This document shows, piece after piece, positions 9,532 to 19,672 of a DNA stretch of 64,000 bases. Below the pieces are notes generated by a model. The model was given only the letters and a program-made list of their open reading frames with translations, did not search any database and had not been told where the DNA came from. The translations under genes were made by a program, and so were the position numbers. Each line of letters starts with the position of its first letter. The first letter of the stretch is position 1. The stretch is taken from the IMG/VR virus record IMGVR_UViG_3300021426_000002, positions 89,203-153,202 of that record; one strand, 5' to 3'. The DNA is from a virus (lineage: Duplodnaviria; Caudoviricetes).

Positions 9532-10542
9532 ATGCAAATAAACTATGACGATGATATGCTACAGCAGATCAATGCGGGTGTTGACCTTTTGGAATACGTT
9601 AGCCAAAGCATAGAAATGAAAAGGAGGGGAAATGATTATTTTGGGCGTTGTCCACTACATATTGACAAGACCCCTTCTTTTTCTATTACACCAGAGAAAA
9701 ATTCTTATTACTGTTTTTCGTGTGGCAAATCCGGTCAAATCATCAGCTATTTAATCAATTATGAAAAGCTGAGTTTTGATGAAGCCGTGAATAAAGCTGC
9801 AAGACTGGCTAACGTTGATATGTCATTGATGTGTCGTTCAAAAACAATGACGTATTTAAAGCGAGTCAGAAATGTTATGCATAATAAGAAACCACAGGAA
9901 GAACACGTTATCTTAGACGAAAATGTTTATAAGAAATATCCGAGGAAGATAGTTCCGGAGTGGCTAAACGAAGGAATTAGACAGGACGTATTAGATCGGT
10001 TCGATATACGTGTTGACGATTATAGCAATCGCATTATCTATCCGGTGCGAGATATTGATGGCCGTTTAATCAATATCAAGGGTAGAACACGATTTGAAAA
10101 TTATAAAGCTATGAGACTTGCGAAATACATCAACTTCTATCCTGTTGGTACAGTTGATTATTTTCAAGGCTTAGATATTACTAAGCCACATATAGAATCT
10201 TGCCGAGAAATCATAATTTTTGAATCAATTAAATCTGTTATGAAGGCTTATGGTTGGGGATTCAAGAATTGCGTTTCCGCAGAAAAGCATACATTGACAG
10301 ATGAACAAATTAAGTTACTTGTAAAACTAAGAGTAAACGTTGTCTTTGCGTATGACAGCGATGTTGATTATCGCAAAGGTGCTACCAAAGATGATATAGA
10401 CAAACTGAAAAGAGTAACAAATGTCTACATCATCGCTGATACTGATAATCTGCTTGGTGGTTTTGAAGCGAAAAATGCACCGGTTGATTGCGGTGAAGAC
10501 GTTTGGCGTTTACTGTACGAAAACAAAAGGAAAGTAGTTTGA
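9532..10542 (+). CDS. dnaG: DNA primase (CHC2 zinc finger + TOPRIM)
   Basis: CPLH.DKTPSF...CFSCG zinc finger; IIFES and YDSD TOPRIM motifs. Confidence 0.85.
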   Translation: MQINYDDDMLQQINAGVDLLEYVSQSIEMKRRGNDYFGRCPLHIDKTPSFSITPEKNSYYCFSCGKSGQIISYLINYEKLSFDEAVNKAARLANVDMSLMCRSKTMTYLKRVRNVMHNKKPQEEHVILDENVYKKYPRKIVPEWLNEGIRQDVLDRFDIRVDDYSNRIIYPVRDIDGRLINIKGRTRFENYKAMRLAKYINFYPVGTVDYFQGLDITKPHIESCREIIIFESIKSVMKAYGWGFKNCVSAEKHTLTDEQIKLLVKLRVNVVFAYDSDVDYRKGATKDDIDKLKRVTNVYIIADTDNLLGGFEAKNAPVDCGEDVWRLLYENKRKVV

Positions 10543-11345
10543 GTATTTACGAAGAACAGATTGCTAACATGCGGTGGTCGTATTCCAGGTTGTGCGCATT
10601 TGAGCAATGCAGATATGCGTTTTACCTAAGATACATTATAAATGATCCGGATTTGTATTTAGACGAAGGTAACTTCTATGCCGAGGTCGGTTCATTTTGT
10701 CACAGCATTTTAGAAAAAATATTTAACGGTGAACTATCGCCGGAAGAAGCGTCTGAGTATTACTATCAGCATTTTGATGAAAATGTATTATATACTGTTA
10801 AGCCATCAATCATGGAAAAGACTTACGAGATTTGCGCTAATTACTTTGCAGACTTTAATCTTAACTGGTTGAAAGGCTATAAGGTTATTGGCGCAGAGAA
10901 AAAAGTTGAAACCACGATTAACGGACATGATTTTCTTGGCTTTATTGACTTGCTGATAGAAGATGAAAAAACCGGTGATTTGATTATTGTGGATCATAAG
11001 AGTGCAGCTTATCCATTCAAAAAAGATGGTAAGTCTGTACTGAAAAAATCCGAGAGAACTTTTAATTCATACAAAAAGCAAATGTATTTATATGCATATG
11101 CTGTCTATCAAGAATACGGCAAATATCCTACAGAAATTTGGTGGAATCATTTTAAAGATAACAAGATTGCAAAAATCAAATTTGATATGAATGATTACAA
11201 TGAAGCTATTGCATGGCTTGAAACCACCATTGAAGAAATTAAAAAAGAGGAAGAGTTTGGCGAAACCGCCGATTTCTTCTATTGTTCGAATATTTGCGAA
11301 TACAGGAATTGTTGTGAATACCGTGAATTTGGCGGTGATGAATAA
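10539..11345 (+). CDS. PD-(D/E)XK nuclease (RecB/AddB/Cas4-like)
   Basis: WSYSRL..FEQC, GSFCH, GFIDL, IVDHKS and QMYLY motifs; C-terminal CxxxCxxxxxC; likely TTG start at 10539 behind AAGGA. Confidence 0.8.
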   Translation: MSIYEEQIANMRWSYSRLCAFEQCRYAFYLRYIINDPDLYLDEGNFYAEVGSFCHSILEKIFNGELSPEEASEYYYQHFDENVLYTVKPSIMEKTYEICANYFADFNLNWLKGYKVIGAEKKVETTINGHDFLGFIDLLIEDEKTGDLIIVDHKSAAYPFKKDGKSVLKKSERTFNSYKKQMYLYAYAVYQEYGKYPTEIWWNHFKDNKIAKIKFDMNDYNEAIAWLETTIEEIKKEEEFGETADFFYCSNICEYRNCCEYREFGGDE

Positions 11346-12539
11346 ATGAGTACGCTGTATTTTCCGTATCACATGCACACAATGCTGAGTAGTGGTACTA
11401 CCAATATTGATAGTATCACTCACTATCAGCAGTATGTTGATGCAGCCAAAGCATGTGGAATGGCTGGCTTATGTATTTCAGAACATGGTAATACATTTGC
11501 GTGGGTAAAGAAAAAAGAAGCGATTGAAAAAGCCGGAATGAAATATGTTCACGGTGTTGAAGCGTACATAACGGAGGATAATAACCAAAGCGAAAAGAAA
11601 CATCGTGACAATTACCATTGTGTTCTTATGGCGAGAAATTACGCTGGTGTAAAAGAAATTAATAAACTTGTGTCAAGATCATACACAAGAACAGATAACC
11701 ACTTTTACTACATGCCACGTATTTTCATGGATGAACTTTTTGCAACGTCAGAGAATATTATTGTTACGTCCGCCTGTTTGGGCGGTGTTCTGAATAATGG
11801 AACTGATGAAGCAAGAGAGCGAATGCTTTGTTTCATGGCACAGAATAAAGAGCGGTGTTATCTTGAAATTCAGCATCATGATATTGCAGAACAGATAGAA
11901 TATAACAAGTATTTATACAACGTCAGTAAAGCCACAGGAATTCCGCTGATTGTTGCTACTGATACTCACGCTTTAGACAAATCACAGATGGAAGGTCGAG
12001 CCGTTTTACAGAAAGCGAAAGACGTTCGGTTTGCAAATGAAGACAAAATGGATTTAACTTTCAAGACACCAGAAGAATTGGATGAATGCTGGCGAAAGCA
12101 AGGTTCATTACCTATGTCTGTTGTCGAAGAAGCTAAAGCCAATAGTATGAAACTACTTGATTCTATCGAGGAATTTGAATTAGATCATTCTGCGAAATAT
12201 CCAAAGTTATACGACAATTCGGAGGAAGTCTTTAAGCAGAAAATCAATGCTGGTTATGTTTGGCGCAAAATCGGTCAGAAGCCAAACAAGCAAGAGTACA
12301 TTGATAAGATTCATTACGAATATGAAACGTATAAGCACAACAACGCTATTGATTTCATGCTGCTTGAAGAAGACTATAAATCTGAAATGCGAAGGCGTGG
12401 AGTCCGGTTTGGATATAGCCGTGGTTCAGTAAGTGGCAGTATTATAGCTTACCTTTTAGGAATTACAGAAATAGATAGTATTAAATACAATTTGAACTTT
12501 GAGCGCTTCATGTCAAAGGAGCGGGTCAGTCTAGCAGAT
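11346..12539 (+). CDS. dnaE: DNA polymerase III alpha subunit, exon 1
   Basis: PHP domain (HMHT, SEHG, TDTH), SRGSVSGS, FERF...ERVSLAD; ends in U at the predicted 5' splice site. Confidence 0.9.
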
Positions 12540-13663
12540 TAAGAGAAATTCTATAATGAGGTGAATTTTTATAGAGTATTCCGAAGCATTAGATTATTAC
12601 AAATTATATCAAAATGGAGTAAGTACATTTCAACTTGAAAAATTATTCGGTCACAATCATAGTTATTTTTTAAGTAATTTTAAGAAGTATGGTTTTGAAA
12701 TAAGAAGCAACAAAATAAATTCAAGAAAATATAAAGCAAATTTCTCTTACTTTCAAAATATAGATTCGCATGAAAAATCATACTGGCTTGGATATATTTA
12801 TGCTGATGGTTATGTTATGGAAATGAAAAGTGGAAGAAAAAGATTTGGCATGACACTTTCATCAAAAGATAAATCTCAGCTTGAAAAACTTAAAAAATGT
12901 CTTGAAGCAACTTATCCAATTAAGGATTATGAACAACATCAAGGATATTCTATTGGCAGCACATATTCAAGACTGATAATTGATAGTGAAGAAATGTTCG
13001 ATGATTTAGTTTCACATGGAGTATTGTTAAATAAAACTAATATTATAAAACCACCCAATATTGATAAAGAATTTATATCATCTTTTATATTAGGTTATTT
13101 TGATGGCGATGGAAGTATATTTTTAAATAATTGTAAATCACCATTTTACAGTATTTGCATAGTTGGGACAGATGAACTATTAGCATTTATACACAATTAT
13201 TTTGTGGAATTAAAAATAACAAATCGAGAACTCCATTTAGAAAAGAGAAAAGAAAATCAAAATGTTAGCTATATAAGATATGGCGGTAATAATTTAGTAG
13301 CAAGGATCATGGAAATTCTGTATGAAAATATAGATTCGTCTTTGCCATTAGAGAGAAAAAGACAACTATATTTGAATTGCAAAAATAGAATATTCTAGGT
13401 CGTGCATGTCAGCAATGGTATGTATTATCAGAACGTGAACTATATTGCTTATAGGTGTGCGTGAAAACGTGCTAACGGTGAAGGCTAAATACTTTGGTAC
13501 ATGCTAATACCGTGTCAAGTTGGATTTATCCAAAAGATGTAACGACTATTCCGTTGCGGGAAGTAGGGTTGAGGATAAGCTACAACCCGAAGTGCGTTCT
13601 GCCCCATGTGGGTAAAGAGATAGTCTATTCCCTACAAATATTGCGAAAGCAAGGGTATTAAAG
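12540..13663 (+). mobile_element. group I self-splicing intron in dnaE (1124 nt)
   Basis: Joining gat(12539)|gtt(13664) restores ERVSLAD-VDTDW in frame. The intron ends in G and has core elements ACGGTGAA...ATACCGT, AACGACTA and GAGATAGTCT. Confidence 0.9.
12571..13398 (+). CDS. intron-encoded double-motif LAGLIDADG homing endonuclease
   Basis: Frame is open from 12565. Motifs are YWLGYIYADG (upstream of the ORF-track start) and FILGYFDGDG. Probable ATA start at 12571 behind GAGGTG. Confidence 0.8.
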   Translation: MEYSEALDYYKLYQNGVSTFQLEKLFGHNHSYFLSNFKKYGFEIRSNKINSRKYKANFSYFQNIDSHEKSYWLGYIYADGYVMEMKSGRKRFGMTLSSKDKSQLEKLKKCLEATYPIKDYEQHQGYSIGSTYSRLIIDSEEMFDDLVSHGVLLNKTNIIKPPNIDKEFISSFILGYFDGDGSIFLNNCKSPFYSICIVGTDELLAFIHNYFVELKITNRELHLEKRKENQNVSYIRYGGNNLVARIMEILYENIDSSLPLERKRQLYLNCKNRIF

Positions 13664-15853
13664 GTTGATACAGACTGGCTATCCGAAGACAGAAAAATTG
13701 TTAAAGATTATCTATTCAACAAAGAAGGTTTGTATTGCTGCGACATTGTAACGTTTAACACAATCGCTTTAAAGGGCGCAATCAAAGACGTTTGTCGTGG
13801 TTTAGCGAAAGATAATATCGACAAGCTGCCAAAAGAAATTTTAGACAAGGTTAATGATTGGAACAAAGAGCAAGCAAAGAAAGAAAAGGAATCAGCGCTT
13901 GCCGGATGTATATATAAACCAAAACCATATCCAAAGGAATTACAACGAGAGATCGAAAGACATTCAGTACATAATGTGCCGTTTGACTATCTAAAATTCT
14001 CAGAAGAGATTATTGCTCTTGCAGAATTAGACGTAGACAACGCACGAAAAAAGTACAAAGAAGTTTTTCGCTATGTCGATATGGTAAATGGCGTTGTCGT
14101 TTCAGTTGGCAATCATCCGGCTGGTTGTGTTGTTTCTCCGTATCCGGTTGATGAATGGTTTGGTACGTTTACTACAACAACAGATGAATATCCGATTTCC
14201 GTTCTTAATATGAAGGAAATTGATAGTCTAAATTTTGTAAAGCTGGATATACTTGGTCTGGATAACATCGGTCTAATTTACAAAACTTGTGACGCTGCCG
14301 GAATTCCATTTGCTACACCAGATAACATACCAGCAGACGATGAAGCTGTATGGCAAAGTATTAAAGATGATACAACAATGATTTTCCAGTGGGAATCTCA
14401 ATCAGCGACAGCATACTTAAAGCAGTTGTTTAGTGATGAAACCATAGCGAAGATTAAAGCGGTTAATAGTGATTTTTCCTATATGAACTTGCTGTCAATC
14501 GGAAATGGTGCAATCCGTCCAGCGGGTGAATCATACCGTGACAAATTGGCGAACGGCGAATATAAGCTGTATGGTAATGCAGCGCTTGACGAATTCATGA
14601 AACCAACATTGGGATACATGGTTTATCAAGAGCAGATTATTGAATTCTTAAATAAGTTTTGCGGATTTACGATGGGTGAAGCGGACGTTGTAAGGCGACA
14701 CTTCTCAAAAAAAACAGGAACGGAAACAGATATTCCAATTATTAAAGATGGTGGTTATCTAAACGAAGGACACTATATCAAAGGTTTCATACAAACCATG
14801 CAAGATGAATACGGTATCTGCCGAGAAGAAGCCGAAAATTTGATTGGTGATTTCTTGCAAGTTATCATTGACGCATCGGATTACCTGTTTTCAAAAAACC
14901 ACGCTGATCCTTATTCATGGATTGGTTACATTTGTGGTTATCTCAGATATTATTATCCGCTAGAATTCATAACTTCCGCACTAAACATCTTTGAAGATAA
15001 AGAAGAAAAAAGTCTTGCAATCATTGATTATGCCAAAAGAAGAGGGATAACAATTTCTCCGATTAAGTTCCGGCATTCTGTTGCGCAATACAATTTCGAT
15101 AAAGAGACAAATCAAATCTTCAAAGGTCTTGCGTCAATTAAGTATTTGAATTCTATAATCGCAGATGAAATCTATGCGCTAAAAGATAACCAATATGACA
15201 CATTCATTGATTTGCTCATGGACTTAAAAACAAAAACGTCACTTGACTCACGGCAAACAGAGATTCTTATTGACTTGGATTTCTTCTCTGAATTTGGCGA
15301 AACCAATAGTTTGATTTTCCAGTATAAGATTTTGAATATCTTTTTCGATAAAACCAAACGACAATTCAAGAAGCAATTCTCAAAAGATAAGTTAGAAGCG
15401 ATGAACGTTCCATTGGATTACATACGGCCATTTGCCGGAAAAGAAACTCAGAAGATGTTCACGCAAGTTGATGCTTTACAATTTTTGCGGTTCTTGTCAA
15501 CAAAAGTAAAGGTTAAACCACGTACATTGGCAGAAAAAGTAAATGCGCAGCAAAAGCGGTTAGGCTACATAGATGTAAAAGATGATCGTTATAAAAACCA
15601 TTTTGTGATTTTGGAAGTTGATACAAAGTATTCTCCAAAGATTAAAGCGTATTCCTTGCGGTCTGGCGAAGTGCTGACTTACAAAATCAATAAGCGTATT
15701 TATAGTAGAAACAAGCTGACGGAAGGAACGATTGTTTTAGTTAATAAGAAAGAAACCAGAAACAGAGTGCGCAAAACCGAAAATGGATTTGAAGATGTTC
15801 CAGGCGTTTTTGATGTTTGGTGGACAAGTTATCAAGAGGTAGACAATCTGTAA
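13664..15853 (+). CDS. dnaE: DNA polymerase III alpha subunit, exon 2
   Basis: VDTDW, HPAGCVVS, KLDILGL, IFQWES, YQEQII and YLFSKNHA motifs; in frame with ORF 13730-15853. Confidence 0.9.
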   Translation, partial: VDTDWLSEDRKIVKDYLFNKEGLYCCDIVTFNTIALKGAIKDVCRGLAKDNIDKLPKEILDKVNDWNKEQAKKEKESALAGCIYKPKPYPKELQREIERHSVHNVPFDYLKFSEEIIALAELDVDNARKKYKEVFRYVDMVNGVVVSVGNHPAGCVVSPYPVDEWFGTFTTTTDEYPISVLNMKEIDSLNFVKLDILGLDNIGLIYKTCDAAGIPFATPDNIPADDEAVWQSIKDDTTMIFQWESQSATAYLKQLFSDETIAKIKAVNSDFSYMNLLSIGNGAIRPAGESYRDKLANGEYKLYGNAALDEFMKPTLGYMVYQEQIIEFLNKFCGFTMGEADVVRRHFSKKTGTETDIPIIKDGGYLNEGHYIKGFIQTMQDEYGICREEAENLIGDFLQVIIDASDYLFSKNHADPYSWIGYICGYLRYYYPLEFITSALNIFEDKEEKSLAIIDYAKRRGITISPIKFRHSVAQYNFDKETNQIFKGLASIKYLNSIIADEIYALKDNQYDTFIDLLMDLKTKTSLDSRQTEILIDLDFFSEFGETNSLIFQYKILNIFFDKTKRQFKKQFSKDKLEAMNVPLDYIRPFAGKETQKMFTQVDALQFLRFLSTKVKVKPRTLAEKVNAQQKRLGYIDVKDDRYKNHFVILEVDTKYSPKIKAYSLRSGEVLTYKINKRIYSRNKLTEGTIVLVNKKETRNRVRKTENGFEDVPGVFDVWWTSYQEVDNL

Positions 15854-16386
15854 TGCTAGAGAATTATATGTATACTGAATCAGAACAGCGAAAGTTGTTA
15901 TCTTCAATCGTTGTTCTGATTGATACTAGAGAACAAAGAAACCAACATATAACAGATTATTTCGATCAGCATAATATCCCATACAAATCAAAGGCACTTG
16001 ATTATGGCGATTATAGCTTTATGCTGCCGAAGAATGAAGAATTAGGCATTTTAAAAAATATTTCTTTTGAAAAAGAAATTGTGATTGAGCGCAAGAATAG
16101 CGCCGAGGAATTGGCGTTGTGCTTAACCAAAACAAGGCAGAGATTTGAAGATGAATTCATTCGTGGCGCAAAAGCAAAAAAGTATCTTGTTGTTGAGAAC
16201 TGTGATTATAAAGATATTATAACCGGCAATTATAACAGCGAATACAAAAGCAAAAGCTATTTAGGAAGTCTGCACAGCTTTGACCATAAGTTTGATTTGC
16301 GAATTATGTTTCTTCCGGATAAAGGCTGTACGCCGGTATTTATCATTGCTACTTTCAATTACTATTTGCGTGGATTAATAAAGTAA
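15853..16386 (+). CDS. ERCC4-domain nuclease
   Basis: IDTREQ...GDY...IERK...E signature. Confidence 0.8.
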   Translation: MLENYMYTESEQRKLLSSIVVLIDTREQRNQHITDYFDQHNIPYKSKALDYGDYSFMLPKNEELGILKNISFEKEIVIERKNSAEELALCLTKTRQRFEDEFIRGAKAKKYLVVENCDYKDIITGNYNSEYKSKSYLGSLHSFDHKFDLRIMFLPDKGCTPVFIIATFNYYLRGLIK

Positions 16387-16400
16387 GGTGGTGAAATATC

Positions 16401-16694
16401 ATAAGAATAGCTGTAATTGGCAAAACGCAATCATGGTGTGTGAATTGGTTTGAAAATTTTTTGGCTAAAACTCCGCATGATTGTATTGAGAGAGTTACTA
16501 AAAGCAGAAGCGAACCATATAAGATATTATTGAAAAGCGGAATTATGCTTCAATCTGTTGTTTTAAACGACAAGTTAATAGGAATGAGATTCGACAAAAT
16601 TTATGTCGATCCAACAATAGATGATTTAATCGTGAAAACAGTTATATATCCAATGATATATAATCCACGAAATGTAATCATTGAAGATAATTAA
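16401..16694 (+). CDS. hypothetical protein
   Basis: Frame open from 16395; candidate ATA start at 16401 behind AAGGTGGTG, or GTG at 16440. Confidence 0.45.
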   Translation: MRIAVIGKTQSWCVNWFENFLAKTPHDCIERVTKSRSEPYKILLKSGIMLQSVVLNDKLIGMRFDKIYVDPTIDDLIVKTVIYPMIYNPRNVIIEDN

Positions 16695-16709
16695 ACAAAG
16701 GAGAGAAAA

Positions 16710-17153
16710 ATGGTTTTAAGAGAAGTTACTGGCGATTTGTTTACTGCACCGCAAGGATATTATCTTGCACATTGCATCAGTGGTAATTACACTTTAGGCG
16801 CTGGTATCGCTAAAAAGTTTGATGAAGTGTACGACATGAGATTTAAGCTGCACAGAGATTATCCCATCCCGAATGGCGAGAAGTTTGATAAGGGGTTAAT
16901 CGGCAAGGCGCTACTTGTTGACAATGTATTTAATCTTGTAACAAAGGATGTTCATTGGCATAAACCGTCATATGACAGTTTGCGTGAGTGCCTTTGCGAT
17001 ATGAGAGATTGGACAGAGGAATTGCGCATTAAGAAGTTGGCAATGCCGAGAATCGGTTGCGGTCTTGATAAACTCGATTGGAACATTGTCGAAGAAATTA
17101 TCGAAGAAGTCTTTGAAGGCGCAGACGTTGAGATTGTGATTTATAAACTGTAA
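16710..17153 (+). CDS. macrodomain ADP-ribose glycohydrolase, TARG1/OARD1-DarG class
   Basis: GDLF, LAHCIS...GAGIA, FNLVTK (catalytic Lys position) and MPRIGCGLD.L.W motifs. Confidence 0.85.
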   Translation: MVLREVTGDLFTAPQGYYLAHCISGNYTLGAGIAKKFDEVYDMRFKLHRDYPIPNGEKFDKGLIGKALLVDNVFNLVTKDVHWHKPSYDSLRECLCDMRDWTEELRIKKLAMPRIGCGLDKLDWNIVEEIIEEVFEGADVEIVIYKL

Positions 17154-18373
17154 TGGATAATGAATATAGACCACGTTACTTAGTTATGGTTACAGCCGGA
17201 AACAACAACAAGTATTATCGTCAAATTCCAAATGGCGATGGTACTTGGCTTGCTGAATACGGCAGAGTTGGCGCTACACCGCAAAAGCGCACTTACTCAA
17301 TGAGTAACTATGATAAGAAATATAAAGAGAAGATTAACAAGGGATATGTGGATCAGACAGAACTTGTTGAAGATTTAATTATCAAAAAGAAGGACAACCA
17401 AAAGAAGGAATATAAAGACATTGAGAATTCTGCTATTGCCGAGATTGTTGAGAAATTACAGCGTATGGCAAAACAAGCAATTCAAAGTAATTACAATATT
17501 TCTTCTGATAAAGTTACTCATGCGATGGTTGACGAAGCACAGGTAATAATCAATGGTTTGCTTGCCATTGACATTGTTGAAATTTTCAATAATGAATTGC
17601 TGAAATTATTTACCGTCATTCCACGAAAAATGTCTGACGTTAGTTATTGCTTGGCAAGTTCAAAAGAAGAATTCACGAAAATCATCCAGCGGGAACAGGA
17701 TTTGCTTGACGTTATGAAAGGTCAAGTAGTAGAAAAACAAACCATCGAAGAGGATACGGATACTACAACAGAACACGATTGCACAATCCTTGAAGCGCTT
17801 GGACTTGAATTTGAAGAATGTGATAGAGAAGATATTGCTAGGATCAAAGCTGCTCTTGGAGATTGCTCACACAAATTCAGTAGAGCGTGGAGAGTAAAGA
17901 ATAATAAGACGCAAAAACTCTTTGATGATTTTGTCCGAGACAACAAGATTAATGATATTAGGTTGTTGTTCCACGGCAGCCGAAATGAAAATTGGTGGTC
18001 GATCATTAACACTGGCTTAGTGCTTAGACCAACCAATGCAGTAATTACCGGAAAGATGTTTGGTTACGGTATTTATTATGCGCCGAAAGCTAGGAAATCA
18101 TTAGGCTATACATCGCTATCTGGATCGTATTGGGCGAACGGTAATTCTAATATTGGTTACATGGCTTTAATGGATGTAGCTTACGGCAAACCGTATAACG
18201 TACATACTTTTGATAGCAAGTATTATAATTTTGATTATGAAAAGTTACAAAGGAATTGTCCTGGCGCTAATTGCTTACATGCACACGCTGGTCAAATGTT
18301 GCGGAATGATGAAATTGTTATTTACAAGAAAGAGCAAAGTACAATCCGCTATTTTGTAGAAATCAAAAACTAA
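17153..18373 (+). CDS. poly(ADP-ribose) polymerase-like protein (WGR + helical regulatory + ART catalytic domain)
   Basis: WGR domain NNNKYY...YGRVG...KYKEK; helical domain LFTVIP; catalytic LLFHGSR...TGKMFGYGIYYA...KS..Y...NDEIVIY (H-Y-E triad). Confidence 0.9.
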   Translation: MDNEYRPRYLVMVTAGNNNKYYRQIPNGDGTWLAEYGRVGATPQKRTYSMSNYDKKYKEKINKGYVDQTELVEDLIIKKKDNQKKEYKDIENSAIAEIVEKLQRMAKQAIQSNYNISSDKVTHAMVDEAQVIINGLLAIDIVEIFNNELLKLFTVIPRKMSDVSYCLASSKEEFTKIIQREQDLLDVMKGQVVEKQTIEEDTDTTTEHDCTILEALGLEFEECDREDIARIKAALGDCSHKFSRAWRVKNNKTQKLFDDFVRDNKINDIRLLFHGSRNENWWSIINTGLVLRPTNAVITGKMFGYGIYYAPKARKSLGYTSLSGSYWANGNSNIGYMALMDVAYGKPYNVHTFDSKYYNFDYEKLQRNCPGANCLHAHAGQMLRNDEIVIYKKEQSTIRYFVEIKN

Positions 18374-18420
18374 TACAGAAAAGTAATATACTTGACAAAA
18401 ATAAGAAAATATGGTATAAT
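18366..18420 (+). promoter_or_regulatory. sigma-A promoter preceded by the conserved motif
   Basis: AAAACTAATACAGAAAAG (18366-18383), TTGACA (18392-18397), 17-bp spacer, TGgTATAAT (-10 at 18415-18420). Confidence 0.85.
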
Positions 18421-18436
18421 AGGAGATGTTTAATAC

Positions 18437-19111
18437 ATGAATATTGTCAAACCGTCATATGTAATTTTGACAGAGTTTTCCGAAGGTGGAGAAGAAGAGT
18501 TAAAGTTTATTGAGCAGATTGCACGTAAATGCTATAAATCCGAGAACTATATTTCAGAAGACGCATCCAGCGCAAGAAAGATGATTCAAAATCTGATTAA
18601 GTCTGGACATACTGCGATGATTGAACACAGTATCCTTTCGGTATGCTTCACAGTTGATCGTGGCATTTCCCATGAAATCGTAAGACACCGGTTAGCGTCT
18701 TTCGCACAGGAGTCTACAAGATACTGCAATTATTCAAAGGGCAAGTTTAATAACGAAATCAATGTTATTGATATTGAAGGCGGAATTAGACTTGATGCTA
18801 AGATGAAAGATTTGCCGGAAGAAACGATTCAGAAAATTATTGCTGAATGGGTTTCCGCCATGAATGACGCAGAAAACCACTACATGAACTTGATTGAATT
18901 GGGAGCGACACCGCAGATTTCAAGAGGGGTTTTGCCTAATTCGCTTAAAACTGAAATCGTGGTAACTGCGAACTTCCGTGAATGGAGAAACATTCTGACA
19001 TTAAGGACTGAACATTTTGCACATCCTCAAATCAGAGAGGTTATGATCCCGCTGCTCAATGAACTGAAACAGCGTATGCCGATTATATTTGACGATATCG
19101 AAATTAAGTAA
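18437..19111 (+). CDS. thyX: FAD-dependent thymidylate synthase
   Basis: GHTAMIEH, RHRLASFAQESTRY and NFREW motifs. Confidence 0.95.
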   Translation: MNIVKPSYVILTEFSEGGEEELKFIEQIARKCYKSENYISEDASSARKMIQNLIKSGHTAMIEHSILSVCFTVDRGISHEIVRHRLASFAQESTRYCNYSKGKFNNEINVIDIEGGIRLDAKMKDLPEETIQKIIAEWVSAMNDAENHYMNLIELGATPQISRGVLPNSLKTEIVVTANFREWRNILTLRTEHFAHPQIREVMIPLLNELKQRMPIIFDDIEIK

Positions 19112-19135
19112 AAACCAAAACAGAAAAGGATTATA

Positions 19136-19672
19136 ATGTTAGTTTTAGTTGGTGAAAGTGCAAGCGGTAAATCTACTTTGCAGAATTTAATCACAAAAGA
19201 ATTTAATCACGTTAAGATTGTCACTTACACTACAAGGCCAATTCGTGCGGGAGAAATAGACGGATTCTCTTATCATTATATTTCAGACGAAGAATTCTTG
19301 CGGTTAGACTCCGAAGGATTCTTTGTCGAAACCGCAGAATACAACGGTTGGCATTATGGTACTCCGTTTAATGAGTGTAGTGATTCTAACGATGTAAATG
19401 CTGTATTAACTCCGGCTGGATTAAGAGCATTAAAACGCAAAGGCATTAAGACAGTTTCAATCTATTTAAAGGTTGATCGGAGGTCACGGCTAATTAAGAT
19501 TTTGGAGCGTGGCGATAACATAGAAGAATCTTATCGCCGGAATTTGTCTGATGTAGGTCAATTCGATTCTATAGAAAAAGAAGTTGATTATGTGATTGAT
19601 AATTCTGGTTATAAGAAAGATGTTTATGAATTGCTGCGAGAAGTAGAAAGAATACTGGACGAAAATGAGTAA
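19136..19672 (+). CDS. gmk: guanylate kinase
   Basis: GESASGKST, TTRPIRAGE.DG..YHY and YGT motifs. Confidence 0.85.
   Translation: MLVLVGESASGKSTLQNLITKEFNHVKIVTYTTRPIRAGEIDGFSYHYISDEEFLRLDSEGFFVETAEYNGWHYGTPFNECSDSNDVNAVLTPAGLRALKRKGIKTVSIYLKVDRRSRLIKILERGDNIEESYRRNLSDVGQFDSIEKEVDYVIDNSGYKKDVYELLREVERILDENE

Noticed and set aside
10539-11345. CRISPR-Cas locus (Cas4-like gene)
   Set aside because: No repeat-spacer array or other cas genes were seen; the nuclease sits in the replication operon.
12540-13663. Intein or naturally split DnaE
   Set aside because: An in-frame stop follows the junction, there are no intein terminal residues, the endonuclease is in a different frame, and group I RNA elements are present.
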